A stretch of 64,000 bases of DNA from IMG/VR virus record IMGVR_UViG_3300031857_000001; one strand, written 5' to 3'. The notes below the pieces were generated by a model, which was not told the DNA's origin, made no database searches, and saw only the letters and a list, made by a program, of their open reading frames with translations. Source of the DNA: a virus. Lineage: Duplodnaviria; Caudoviricetes. This document shows, one piece after another, positions 54,359 through 64,000 of this stretch (position 1 is its first letter; the number at the start of each line of letters is the position of its first letter). A program made the position numbers and the translations under genes.

Positions 54359-55231
54359 TTATTGAGAGAGTTTATCCATTATCGCCTTTAACGTTTTTGG
54401 TCCTAAAATTCCATCATCTTTAACTCCTACCTTAGTTTGTAAATCTTTAATTCTTGTAACATTTGGATTTTCTTGGCCACCACTAACTACTGGTTCTGGT
54501 TTAGGTTGGACGGTTTGTAAAAATATTTTATCCTGACAACTCCAACTAGATTTTGTACCATCAGGAGATACTTTAGTACCGTCATTATAATACCAATAAT
54601 CACCAACAACATAAGCTACTTTTTCCTTATTATTACCATAATAGACTACCTCAGCTAACGGGTATTCGGTTATACAAGGATAATTTTCCTTGAATTTTTT
54701 TAATTCTGAATTTTGTTTATAAATTACATCTTCTGAAGACTTTTTAGTAGTCTTCCAAGAGTCCCATGTTCTCACAATTTCGCCGTCACGACCCCTCACT
54801 GAAATCCATTCGTTGAAAACTTTTACAGTTGTCAACCACTCTTGAATTTGAGTTTTTAACGAATTACTTTGATTAAATTTTCCTCTGAATTCTCTACCAT
54901 CAGACATTTTTATTGTTATTGTTTTTTGGTCGGTAGACCAACTTCCGGTAACAATTTTATTTTTATAATCATTTTCAACTTTAAAATCAATATAACCATT
55001 TGGGCACACATTACAAATTAAATTATCATATTGTGGACCGTCAAAAATCATAATTTCAACACATCGATTTTCGAGAATTTCTTTTTTTCCTAAACCTATA
55101 GAATCAGCTACTTTAAAAGCGTCCCCTTCCGAGGTTTGTTCATTAATTAAATAATGGTTTTTTGTTGCCGATTCATGAAGACCGAGTATTCTATTTTTCT
55201 CTTCTTCAGTTAATACAAATAAATTTTTCAT
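54359..55231 (-). CDS. LTEE-leader protein with C-terminal peptidoglycan-binding-like segment
   Basis: ATG 55231 after late motif 55246-55253: MKNLFVLTEEEKNRILGLHES; IKDLQTKVGVKDDGILGPKTLKAI. Confidence 0.6.
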   Translation of the reverse strand: MKNLFVLTEEEKNRILGLHESATKNHYLINEQTSEGDAFKVADSIGLGKKEILENRCVEIMIFDGPQYDNLICNVCPNGYIDFKVENDYKNKIVTGSWSTDQKTITIKMSDGREFRGKFNQSNSLKTQIQEWLTTVKVFNEWISVRGRDGEIVRTWDSWKTTKKSSEDVIYKQNSELKKFKENYPCITEYPLAEVVYYGNNKEKVAYVVGDYWYYNDGTKVSPDGTKSSWSCQDKIFLQTVQPKPEPVVSGGQENPNVTRIKDLQTKVGVKDDGILGPKTLKAIMDKLSQ

Positions 55232-55253
55232 GAAAAATATTTTATTATAAATA

Positions 55254-56717
55254 TCATAAATCCTCAAAATATTTCAAATTGACTATTTGAAATTTTATGG
55301 TTCTTTTATATGTATTTATTTCCCCACTACTTTCAACTTTCATATCGATATAATATTCATTTGGTATTTTATCACGAGTATCAAATATGAAATAATATTC
55401 GTTTGGGGTTCTATTTAATTTTGTCCAATCCTGTACTTGAACTTCTGTTTGACCTTCTCTAACATATACTCTATAAAAAGCGTCAACATTAGGTAATAGT
55501 TTTTGAGTGGTATAGGCTTGTTTTATTATAACACCTACTTTTCTAATATCGGTGTTATAAATCTTTTCATCTTGTTTTAATCCATAGAAATCAAATCCGT
55601 ATAATTTAGGGTCTTGAGATTTTGGTCCGATTTGGATTGATTTTTTCATCGGATACACCGAAAAAGTGTTGGTTACATCACCAATATCAAATCCATTTAA
55701 AATTAGATTTGTCCATTTGTCAGTAAACATACATGGAGTTTTATATCCCGCCAAAGGAGGTAATGTGATTTCGTAAACACCCTTGGTTCTTCTACATGAA
55801 GTTAAACCTGTTAATCCGACAATACCTCTCCCATAAGCGTCCAAAATTGACACAGTTGGATTCACATCCAAATTTATTGGGTTTCCATTATCGAATAGAT
55901 AAAGGTATAGTTTATTAACTTTACCTAACACAAATTCATTCCTATCGTCTTCGATTAAATCATCATATGTTGTTTCCAAAAATGGTTCGTAAAAAGTTTG
56001 GGTGTGTCTTGTAAAAAATTGAGTTTCGTAAGCTTCAGTTAATCCTGCTAAATTCTCAATTTCAGGTACATATGCAATTCCCCATCCTGAAACACCACTC
56101 AACGAACCATTTAAAATTGAATTAATTTCATTGGTCATATCAAAACTAATGTTTTCATTACCAAATTGAAAATGTTGTGTGTCAATAATGGTTAAACCAC
56201 TGTAATTAACAAACCCCTGATTTTTGTTATTATAAAGTCCTGGTTCAGACCATAAATCAATAGTAGTTCTTTGATACCAATTAGTAGGTCTTACTGAGTA
56301 AGATTCGTCAAATTCACTAAATTCGTAAACCAAATCCCCGTAATCATATCCAACACCCTCATCCCAAATTTGGTTTGTTGGTATTCTAAATAATATTAAA
56401 TCAAATGACGTTGCTCTTTTTCTGTTTTGTGATGTGTTTTGGTTTAATAAGTCATCACCACCAAAAAAACCTGTGTTTGTCATTCTTAAAACATGTCTAA
56501 CACTATCATTACAATCTAATGTAATGGTCCCATAGTCGACTTTTTCCGTTAATAAAGAAAGGTCTAAATCGAAAATGAAACGACTAAATCCTTCAGGATA
56601 TTGACTAATGGTGGTTGACCCATAAAATAGTTCTGTAACAGGATTTCTTCCCGTGTTTACATAACTTCTATATATGATGGTGTCGTTTTTACTGAAATAA
56701 GAGTTATTTATTGACAT
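55254..56717 (-). CDS. putative virion structural (baseplate-region) protein
   Basis: 487 aa, beta-rich, late motif 56733-56739, adjacent to the gp5-like gene. Confidence 0.5.
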   Translation of the reverse strand: MSINNSYFSKNDTIIYRSYVNTGRNPVTELFYGSTTISQYPEGFSRFIFDLDLSLLTEKVDYGTITLDCNDSVRHVLRMTNTGFFGGDDLLNQNTSQNRKRATSFDLILFRIPTNQIWDEGVGYDYGDLVYEFSEFDESYSVRPTNWYQRTTIDLWSEPGLYNNKNQGFVNYSGLTIIDTQHFQFGNENISFDMTNEINSILNGSLSGVSGWGIAYVPEIENLAGLTEAYETQFFTRHTQTFYEPFLETTYDDLIEDDRNEFVLGKVNKLYLYLFDNGNPINLDVNPTVSILDAYGRGIVGLTGLTSCRRTKGVYEITLPPLAGYKTPCMFTDKWTNLILNGFDIGDVTNTFSVYPMKKSIQIGPKSQDPKLYGFDFYGLKQDEKIYNTDIRKVGVIIKQAYTTQKLLPNVDAFYRVYVREGQTEVQVQDWTKLNRTPNEYYFIFDTRDKIPNEYYIDMKVESSGEINTYKRTIKFQIVNLKYFEDL

Positions 56718-56739
56718 TAAAATGTTTTATCAATAAATA

Positions 56740-58353
56740 TCAATTGATTCTGATTTCTTGATTCAGAATAGTATTTTCAGCGTCGGCAAGTAATTGGTCT
56801 ATTTCTAAAGTTGTCTGACCGTTACCTGATGAAACAGGAACTGGAGGACTTGGAGCAACTGGATGAACGTGACCTTTAACAAATTCAAATATCTTTCTAA
56901 GTAGTTTGATTAATTCATCACCTCTAACTGTTGGGTATGTTTTTTCTTGAATTCCGCCAGGTTTAGTGAATTCAATATCAGGTATACCGTATATTGTATT
57001 TGTTAAATCAATTCTTCCCTTAGGACCTGTAATATTGTGAGATAATAAATATAATTTTTGCCCGCCTAATACGGAATAAGTAACCGGACTAGAAAAAACA
57101 TCAATTTTAGTATCTTGTCTCCTGTTAGTTTTAGTAGAAGGTCCTATTGTAGGTATATTATTTGTGTTATTAGAAACTACAAAACAACCGGTTTGAAAAT
57201 TGTTTGATTTGACCTTTATACCTTTTTGTAATTTGAAATAATTAACACTTTCTTGAACGTCACTTGGGTCGACATGTTCTGATAATGTTAGACCTTCTTG
57301 ATATGTAATTTTAGATGGTGAAACTGCAAATGGAAACCTATCGGCATCTTGGAAATTAGACCTACTATTCACAACACTATCATTATATAATACAGTACCA
57401 TCAAATACACTATCGATAAATGTATTAAATGTATAAATTACTTCCTCAATTGTTTTATTTGAAAATCTAATACCCTCTATTTCATTTCCGTAATCGGTCC
57501 CCGAAGTTAAAGTACTAATTGACCCCAATTTAAAATTATCAGTGGTCGCACTTGTAGTCTCTAACATTCTATGGAGTGTTATACTACCTGAAAAATTATT
57601 GGCCGAGTTTCCTAATACACCACTATCAATATTCCAAATTATAATTCTTTTTAATTTAGTTATAACTTTACTAACATCAAAGTTGGTTTCAGTTTCTCCT
57701 TGGACCGTGGACGATAAAAAATTAGATAATTGCAAAAAAGCCCTACTAGTTTTTGATTTAGGATAATCTTGGGGAGTTAAATCACTAGTTACTGTTTTAC
57801 CCGCCCTTATTAGAACTTCTTCAGGTTTAACAATAACATCGGCACTACCTCTACCTAACAGAGCGTTATCACCCGGCTCGGGAAATATTCCAGAACTAAC
57901 ATCATCGTTATATACATTAAAATTATCTTTTAAATTTATACCTAATTTATATCTATCACCAGCCGATAAAATAGATTCAGATGACGGTCTCGTTTCAAAA
58001 TCAGAATTCATCGGGGACGAGAAAGGCCCTTGGATATAGAACTGATTACCAAACAAAAACTTTTTATTTTGATAAATTATATGGACATATTCCCCTTCAT
58101 CAGGGACTTGACTTATATAAAAAGGTAATAAAGGTAGAAATACAAAAATATCATTCTCACCCCACCAAAATTCTGGTTTTAAATCCCTTTCATCATCACG
58201 TAAATATGTTTTGTTAACAGATTTCAACATCTCAGAAACATACTCACTATAAATAGGTTTCGCTCTAACCCTACCTAACATTTTAGGGTCATATCTACTT
58301 ATTACTTCACCAGGAAATATTATTTGATGTTCATTATTTTTATTTATGTTCAT
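56740..58353 (-). CDS. baseplate central spike / gp5-like protein
   Basis: N-terminal OB-fold pattern DPKMLGRVRA...FLPLLP....VPDEGEYVHI; GDNALLGRGSAD; C-terminal VRGDELIKLL..I...VKGHVHP. Confidence 0.7.
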   Translation of the reverse strand: MNINKNNEHQIIFPGEVISRYDPKMLGRVRAKPIYSEYVSEMLKSVNKTYLRDDERDLKPEFWWGENDIFVFLPLLPFYISQVPDEGEYVHIIYQNKKFLFGNQFYIQGPFSSPMNSDFETRPSSESILSAGDRYKLGINLKDNFNVYNDDVSSGIFPEPGDNALLGRGSADVIVKPEEVLIRAGKTVTSDLTPQDYPKSKTSRAFLQLSNFLSSTVQGETETNFDVSKVITKLKRIIIWNIDSGVLGNSANNFSGSITLHRMLETTSATTDNFKLGSISTLTSGTDYGNEIEGIRFSNKTIEEVIYTFNTFIDSVFDGTVLYNDSVVNSRSNFQDADRFPFAVSPSKITYQEGLTLSEHVDPSDVQESVNYFKLQKGIKVKSNNFQTGCFVVSNNTNNIPTIGPSTKTNRRQDTKIDVFSSPVTYSVLGGQKLYLLSHNITGPKGRIDLTNTIYGIPDIEFTKPGGIQEKTYPTVRGDELIKLLRKIFEFVKGHVHPVAPSPPVPVSSGNGQTTLEIDQLLADAENTILNQEIRIN

Positions 58354-58565
58354 TTTGTTTTGGTTCTATCTTGATATTCTGATAAAAGTTTGTTGTATAA
58401 AACTTCTAATTTATCTAAATGATTAGTTAAATCAATAATTCTTTCTTTAGTAAAATTAAAGTCTTTTTGAATAAAATCCATCGCAAAAGTTAAATCCTTA
58501 TTTGACGATGATTTATATTCTTTTATTATCCTACTAGTTTTTTCCGAATCTTTTATATCAATCAT
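58350..58565 (-). CDS. small coiled-coil protein
   Basis: 71 aa, coupled to neighbours. Confidence 0.65.
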   Translation of the reverse strand: MIDIKDSEKTSRIIKEYKSSSNKDLTFAMDFIQKDFNFTKERIIDLTNHLDKLEVLYNKLLSEYQDRTKTK

Positions 58566-58567
58566 AG

Positions 58568-60481
58568 TTATATTTTTTTACCAAATGCGGATGATGGAAC
58601 AGTTAATCCGGCCGGAGTTATTGCCAAAGAACCTATTGCTATTTGAACTTTACCATTTTCTGCCTCCTCAACTGACATGGCTTTCATTTGACCCAACATA
58701 CTTAAAACGGTTAGATTAGGACTACCATCAGGCATGGGACCAGTGGGTATCCCTAACTTTTGTAACTCCTCTATAGTTCCGATAAAGGCTCTTGTTGCCG
58801 AATAACCATCCAAAAGTCTACTAGCAAGTGCTAATGGTAAAGGAATTTCCCCACCCCATCCGGTTGTTGCTATTTGTAATAAACTAAGTAATTCATCAAC
58901 AACACTTTTACATTCTCTCCAATCCCTAATAAATTGAGCGACTACTATTAATAATTGAATCAATTTCAAAATCATTATAATTCTTTTATCCGCCTTTTCT
59001 TTGGCTAAATCCAAAATAATTTGTTGAATTAAATTTTTAATATCTTTTTTAATTATATTAAATAATTCTTTCACAAAAATGGCACCTACCTTTGAAATAA
59101 AATCGATTGCTCTACTTTTAAATTCTCTTAAAAAGTCCATCAGACTATTAATTTTATCATCAATATTATTACCTATTGATTTTAACATTATCATGATTGG
59201 GAGTAATATTTTTGGTACCATCATCCCTGAAACTAATCCTTGAGATATTAGTTGAATAAAATTAAGATTAACAGACGCTTGAATATCTCCCCTCAATCCA
59301 ATTTTTGTCCATTCAGGGTTATTAATTAAAGAATCGGTAATATTACTGGAAGCCTCTACTAAATCATCATCAGGTATGAAATTTAATTGGTCTAATGAAT
59401 CAATAATAGATGAAGCGTCCACTGGAAGTTTTACCTCAGTACAATCCAAATACTCAACAACTCCCTTTTTAACATTTTCAACCTCTTGTTCAATAGTCCT
59501 TAAATCTAAGTCAGTAAATTCAAAAAAAGATTCATCAATATTATCTAACTCACCTATTTTCGCAATTCCGCTAACATCAATCTGTTGTTTATTATCAAAA
59601 CATAACCCCAAAATCCTTTGTAATATTTTCTCGAATTTTTTTTGGTCAGTTACTTCAACAATACCGATATCGGCTTTAATACTTACGGCACCACTTAGTG
59701 AATTCATAATTTGAGCCATAGTTACATTAAAGTCAAAAATTTTAATAGACTGATAATAATCAACCATAAATTCTTTAACTTTATTTATTGATAGATTTCT
59801 ATCCTGTAAACTAACTTTAAAATATGGACCCGTCTCACCTATGGCATTAGTCTCAACATATTGAATATCAAATAAATCCTGGCCAGATGACCCTTTATAA
59901 TATGTACCATAGTCACCAAAATATGAAGACGAGCTTTGGATTCTATTCCAAAGTTCACGATTCATAGAAAATGGATATAACTGAGGAGCACTTGCCGGCT
60001 CTCTTTCATATAAAATTTTACCAGGTTTTTCTAATGGACTATAATTAAGTAAGATTTTACCAATGTCGACTGATTTAACCTTTATGTATATATCTTGAGG
60101 TGTGTATTCTTGGTCTTGGTTACATCCAACCATATTAAAACTCTCTTCCAAAAGTAACTCTTTGATTTGAGGTTCACAATTTTTTAAAGTCCTAATTAAT
60201 TGTTTTTTTAAATAATTAATTGTGTTTGACCCATATGGTGACGACAAATTATTTATGTCTAAGAGTTGAGAAAATTGGTTTTTTACTTCTCTTTGATATC
60301 GGTTAACTTGTTTTTTTACATCATTTAAAGAAGTTGTGACATCTGACTTATTTTGTTCAAAACTATCTCCTACCTTTTTTGTTAACTTATCATAATCACC
60401 CTTTAATGAGTTATACGATTTATTAGCCTTGATTTTATCTTGAACCTTTTTATAGTCAACACTTACATCAACTGACGCCAT
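58568..60481 (-). CDS. hypothetical structural protein
   Basis: 637-aa ORF in the minus-strand late operon. Confidence 0.65.
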   Translation of the reverse strand: MASVDVSVDYKKVQDKIKANKSYNSLKGDYDKLTKKVGDSFEQNKSDVTTSLNDVKKQVNRYQREVKNQFSQLLDINNLSSPYGSNTINYLKKQLIRTLKNCEPQIKELLLEESFNMVGCNQDQEYTPQDIYIKVKSVDIGKILLNYSPLEKPGKILYEREPASAPQLYPFSMNRELWNRIQSSSSYFGDYGTYYKGSSGQDLFDIQYVETNAIGETGPYFKVSLQDRNLSINKVKEFMVDYYQSIKIFDFNVTMAQIMNSLSGAVSIKADIGIVEVTDQKKFEKILQRILGLCFDNKQQIDVSGIAKIGELDNIDESFFEFTDLDLRTIEQEVENVKKGVVEYLDCTEVKLPVDASSIIDSLDQLNFIPDDDLVEASSNITDSLINNPEWTKIGLRGDIQASVNLNFIQLISQGLVSGMMVPKILLPIMIMLKSIGNNIDDKINSLMDFLREFKSRAIDFISKVGAIFVKELFNIIKKDIKNLIQQIILDLAKEKADKRIIMILKLIQLLIVVAQFIRDWRECKSVVDELLSLLQIATTGWGGEIPLPLALASRLLDGYSATRAFIGTIEELQKLGIPTGPMPDGSPNLTVLSMLGQMKAMSVEEAENGKVQIAIGSLAITPAGLTVPSSAFGKKI

Positions 60482-60486
60482 AATTA

Positions 60487-60861
60487 TTATTTTTTCATTT
60501 TATATGATTCATCCATTTTGGATAAATCTTTCTCCATTAGACTTTGAATTACTTCATCATCAACATTTAAGTCAGACAGTGTAAATGATTCTTTAGACGA
60601 ATTACTTTTTTCCCAAATACTAGATTGGAGTTTTGATAAACTTAATTTTTTCTCAACACAATCATTTATGATTTTTTGTTGTTCTTTGATGATAGGACCA
60701 AGAACTGTCATGTCCTCGGTCTCTTTCATTAACGAAAGCATTTTGTTTTGAATCCTAATTGCGGTATTTCTTTGTTCAACTAATTCATTGTAGATTTCCT
60801 GCATAAGAGCAAGTATCGACTCTTGAGTTAGATTAATTTCTTTTTTTTGTGGTCTGGCCAT
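60487..60861 (-). CDS. helical late protein (function unknown)
   Basis: 124 aa; late motif 60866-60872. Confidence 0.65.
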   Translation of the reverse strand: MARPQKKEINLTQESILALMQEIYNELVEQRNTAIRIQNKMLSLMKETEDMTVLGPIIKEQQKIINDCVEKKLSLSKLQSSIWEKSNSSKESFTLSDLNVDDEVIQSLMEKDLSKMDESYKMKK

Positions 60862-60886
60862 AATAATAAATATCTAAACGCATTTT

Positions 60887-61639
60887 TTATTTTAACATAC
60901 CTTGGACCAACCCATAATAGATAACTTTATATTTTTTCATAGAGCTTCTAATTTCTTTAGTACTCAAATTAGTCATTTCTCTCAGAGATAATAAAATAAT
61001 ATTTTTATTAAACTTATTATTTGAAGTCCCTATAAATATGTCATCATAATTTTGAAAAATTTCATATAAAGCCTGTCCTAGTTTTAACTCATTTTCGTTT
61101 AATGTATCATCCTCCATTAATAACTCTATTTGAATTATAAAATTTTTAATAATTGATTCAGAATCTAGTGAATCGTTATCAATACTGTATGAAAAATCCG
61201 GATTATTTTCCAAATCAGTTGAGATGTCTTCATAAGATATTTTTCTGTTCATATCTTTTTGGTCTTTTATAATTTGACCCATAAGATAATTTTTACAGAT
61301 TGTACCAAAATACGAATAAGCCTTCTTTTCTTTAGCCGGCTTAAACTTATCTATTTTGGTCATTAAAAACGAGTGAGTGTCTATATGAATTTCGTTAAAA
61401 TCCATATCTTTTCTATATAGCTTATATCTTCTTATTATAGAAGATATCATCTTATCTAAAGGTTTTCTTAGGTAGTCGTTGTATATTTTGTTTTTTTCTT
61501 CAAAAGTACTGGCCGATAAGAATCTTATAACGGCCATTTCTTCTCTTACATCGAAATAATTTGCTTGTTTTGGTTTTCTTCCTTTCTTCTTTAACTCAAC
61601 ATTTGTATCACCACTTCCGTTGAATTCTTCAATCATCAA
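60887..61639 (-). CDS. late-transcription sigma factor (T4 gp55-like)
   Basis: NYFD...; KFKPAKEKKAYSYFGTICKNYL resembles the gp55-family NF.PEK..NPFAYFTQI motif. Confidence 0.7.
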   Translation of the reverse strand: MMIEEFNGSGDTNVELKKKGRKPKQANYFDVREEMAVIRFLSASTFEEKNKIYNDYLRKPLDKMISSIIRRYKLYRKDMDFNEIHIDTHSFLMTKIDKFKPAKEKKAYSYFGTICKNYLMGQIIKDQKDMNRKISYEDISTDLENNPDFSYSIDNDSLDSESIIKNFIIQIELLMEDDTLNENELKLGQALYEIFQNYDDIFIGTSNNKFNKNIILLSLREMTNLSTKEIRSSMKKYKVIYYGLVQGMLK

Positions 61640-62439
61640 TTATTGTTTGACTCGTATTTTATGGCTCTGTCATTAATAAAGAAATATTCTTTTTTTGCCG
61701 ATTCAATCCAAAACTTAACTTCATCTTCAACCAAACTTGTCTCACCATTCTTATAGTTCCAAAATATTGAACCAGTTCTAAAATTGGTATGTTTGTATCC
61801 TATTTTAGGAATTGTCATTATTCTAACAGAATTGTATGTCATTCTTAAAAAGAATTCATACCCAAATGTTAGTTTAAACGATGATTTCATTAACCCATAG
61901 TCGATGAACGCACTTTTACGAATCACCATTCCCGATGTTTGAAAATTTTGGAATTGATGTAGAGTTTCGTTACTTAGATAACCAATTTCTGATGTCATAT
62001 TGAGAGCAAAAGTAGCTTCATTGGTAAATCCAACAAATAATCCCTTTTCATCCGTGTCAATCACCACAGGTAAAAATGCATCAACATCTTTATAAATTTC
62101 TGAATATTTTTTTACATTTTTAAACCATATAGTTGAATATTCATCATCAAATTCAAAAAGAGATATCCATTCAGACGATGAAGCTCTTACTCCATAGTTA
62201 ATTTGTTTTGCATAATTTGGTTCATCCGTCCATTTATGTTTTACAACATTTAAATCACCAAAATCAAAAGAATTCAAAAATTCAACTAGAGATGTTTCAT
62301 CAGAATGAACAATTACTAATTCATTTATTCGAACTTTTTGAGTTTTGATAGATTCAATACATTTATTGAAATACTCTTCAAACCAAGGAGCCGAAGAAGA
62401 TTTTATTGGTAAAATTACCGATACATTAAATTTTTCCAT
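61636..62439 (-). CDS. glycosyltransferase family 2 (GT-A)
   Basis: NVSVILPI, ELVIVHSD, NYGV, FEFDDEY, FGYEFFLR. Confidence 0.8.
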   Translation of the reverse strand: MEKFNVSVILPIKSSSAPWFEEYFNKCIESIKTQKVRINELVIVHSDETSLVEFLNSFDFGDLNVVKHKWTDEPNYAKQINYGVRASSSEWISLFEFDDEYSTIWFKNVKKYSEIYKDVDAFLPVVIDTDEKGLFVGFTNEATFALNMTSEIGYLSNETLHQFQNFQTSGMVIRKSAFIDYGLMKSSFKLTFGYEFFLRMTYNSVRIMTIPKIGYKHTNFRTGSIFWNYKNGETSLVEDEVKFWIESAKKEYFFINDRAIKYESNNN

Positions 62440-62449
62440 ATTTTTAAAA

Positions 62450-63511
62450 TTATTCTACTGAAACTAATTTATTTAATTGTTCTTCAAACGAGGTTAATCT
62501 TGTATTAATGTAACCTTCAAATAATGAAACTGACTTTTCTTCAAAATATTCTTTCGTTGGTAGATTTTCTACAGCCTTTAACATCTCTTCATATAATGAA
62601 TCATTAACATTATCCTCGAGCCAATTTTGTAAGAAATCTGCAACAAAATCCACCATTTGAATTTTATTATTAACCCACAAACCATTATCAGAATTCATCC
62701 ATTGTGGGACCATATTAGGAGTAAGTCCTAAAACAGGTACCCCACACTTCATAGATTCAAGAGGGAAAGTTCCATAAGAACTAGTTTCATCAATCCAAAC
62801 GGATAAGAAACAATCTTGAAAAACACTTGCAAATTCTTTTTCAGATAATCCTCTCATATCTTTGAATGTAACCCATCTATATTGTGGAAACTTTACATAA
62901 AAATTCTTAATTAAATTAATACTGTCTCTTTGTTCTCTTGAATGAATTGCGATAATTGGCTTAGGAGGAAACTGTTGTTTCTCAAAATTATTTGAGATAT
63001 ATGGAGGTAATACATCATATGAAACGTTTCTCATAACGTTTTCTAAATATTCTTTTTGAGTATCTGAAGTCGTTATACACTTGTAAAATCCAAGTTGATT
63101 CCAATTTTCTCCGGGTTGGAGAGTTTCTAAAACATGGTCGTAAGCCTGAGATAATACAATTTTACCACAAGGTAATTTTGTTATTTGACTCATAACAAAA
63201 CCAAATAGTTCAGGAACAATTATAAAATCTTCAGGAGATACCTCCAAATTTTGACCTTCAATTGATTTATGAGGTAATTTTTCATCATATTCAGAACCCA
63301 ACCAACCTGAGACTCCTGTGTAGTCCGTTTTTTCATGAAGCATAACTGGGTTGTATCCCGAATTTAAAAGAGACATTGCAAATCTGTAAATGTAAGCAAC
63401 TGATGCCTTAGCATTCCCCTTTGTGTCTTGAACAATAAAGTATATTCTTGATTTTTTATTCTTTATGTTCTCAATTGATTTTTCTAATTTTGAAATCTGT
63501 TCTTGTGTCAT
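62450..63511 (-). CDS. glycosyltransferase (GT-B, GT4-like)
   Basis: IIVPEL; C-terminal SSYGTFPLESMKCGVPVLG motif. Confidence 0.75.
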   Translation of the reverse strand: MTQEQISKLEKSIENIKNKKSRIYFIVQDTKGNAKASVAYIYRFAMSLLNSGYNPVMLHEKTDYTGVSGWLGSEYDEKLPHKSIEGQNLEVSPEDFIIVPELFGFVMSQITKLPCGKIVLSQAYDHVLETLQPGENWNQLGFYKCITTSDTQKEYLENVMRNVSYDVLPPYISNNFEKQQFPPKPIIAIHSREQRDSINLIKNFYVKFPQYRWVTFKDMRGLSEKEFASVFQDCFLSVWIDETSSYGTFPLESMKCGVPVLGLTPNMVPQWMNSDNGLWVNNKIQMVDFVADFLQNWLEDNVNDSLYEEMLKAVENLPTKEYFEEKSVSLFEGYINTRLTSFEEQLNKLVSVE

Positions 63512-63512
63512 A

Positions 63513-63773
63513 TCAATATTTGTTTAATAATCCTTTATTTAATAATGTATTAAATGATAATTTGAATGGAATTGATAGGTCAGAACTCTTTGGTCCCAAT
63601 GTCTCATCAACTTCATCTTTTTCAGTTAATAATATCTCAGTCATTAACTTAACCATTTCGTACCTAACTACACTTATATGATTTTCTGAAGTACCAGTAT
63701 CATTTGGTATACTTATGTAATTATCAATTTCATCTAAATCTAGATAATAGTTTTCATTTAGTACTTTTAACAT
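63513..63773 (-). CDS. hypothetical protein
   Basis: 86-aa ORF, coupled to neighbours. Confidence 0.7.
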   Translation of the reverse strand: MLKVLNENYYLDLDEIDNYISIPNDTGTSENHISVVRYEMVKLMTEILLTEKDEVDETLGPKSSDLSIPFKLSFNTLLNKGLLNKY

Positions 63774-64000
63774 TCTGTTATTTGTTTTAATGTTTTTTCG
63801 AATTCTTTTATAGAGCGTATCATATATAAGGAGTCGATGTTTTTATTATATTCGGTTTCGAATTTTATAACTATCTTTTCTTTAGGACACTCTAATAATA
63901 AAGAAGGGTTTGATGTAAGTAAAACATCAACCTCGCTCCACATTGAGCTCATAGTAATATTACTGTAAAATTTAATTTTCTCAACTAAACATCCAAATTT
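63767..64000 (-). CDS. partial ORF, possible HAD 5'(3')-deoxyribonucleotidase-like C-terminus
   Basis: Frame open to the window edge (KFGCLVEKIKFY...VDVLLTSNP...IKFETEYNKN...IRSIKEF). Confidence 0.5.
   Translation of the reverse strand, partial: KFGCLVEKIKFYSNITMSSMWSEVDVLLTSNPSLLLECPKEKIVIKFETEYNKNIDSLYMIRSIKEFEKTLKQITEC

Larger units (their letters stand above)
370..60872. promoter_or_regulatory. dispersed putative late promoter (G/A)TATTTAT(A)
   Basis: Plus: 8025, 11343, 12199, 14158, 16922, 18641, 22739, 24523, 26383, 27879, 28951, 32437, 32925, 35936, 39177, 43231; minus: 370, 11014, 53415, 55246, 56733, 60866; each 5-40 nt upstream of an ATG on the same strand. Confidence 0.75.

Noticed and set aside
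60487-60861. Terminase small subunit call
   Set aside because: Size and helical character fit, but there is no diagnostic motif and it is far from TerL; left as hypothetical
1-64000. Alternative genetic code (stop-codon reassignment)
   Set aside because: Core genes are full length in code 11, and TAA, TAG and TGA all terminate well-defined genes (e.g. TerL TAG, portal TGA, MCP TAA)

Overview
AT-rich 64-kb segment of a large T4-like (myovirus-type) bacteriophage in genetic code 11. The host is almost certainly Bacteroidota: many TAnnTTTG promoters, a T9SS cargo protein, signal peptides followed by Gln, and a Bacteroidota-type bS21. Layout: (1-14 kb) accessory and stable-RNA region with six canonical tRNAs, three tRNA-shaped RNAs with large inserts or aberrant arms, several unassigned structured RNAs, a ~790-nt GOLLD-like RNA, an RHH+HNH cassette and a tmRNA; (14-19 kb) N-domain-less ClpC-like ATPase, KTSC protein and a nucleotidyltransferase-PGBD-GH108-like fusion; (19-32 kb) head module (TerL, portal, bS21 on the opposite strand, prohead protease, scaffold, major capsid); (33-50 kb) secreted nuclease and S8 protease, then three very large Cys-rich, Thr/Pro-repeat proteins, each behind a near-identical terminator+late-promoter cassette; (50-64 kb) small virion/lysis candidates, gp5-like spike, gp55-like sigma factor, two glycosyltransferases. 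Best candidates for undescribed biology: a recurring L(T/S)ES/LxE helical tag on many unrelated late proteins (putative capsid-loading signal, several carrying peptidoglycan enzymes), and boxA-led stable-RNA operons containing tRNA mimics and new pseudoknotted RNAs. All family calls come from motif recognition by eye; no database searches were run.
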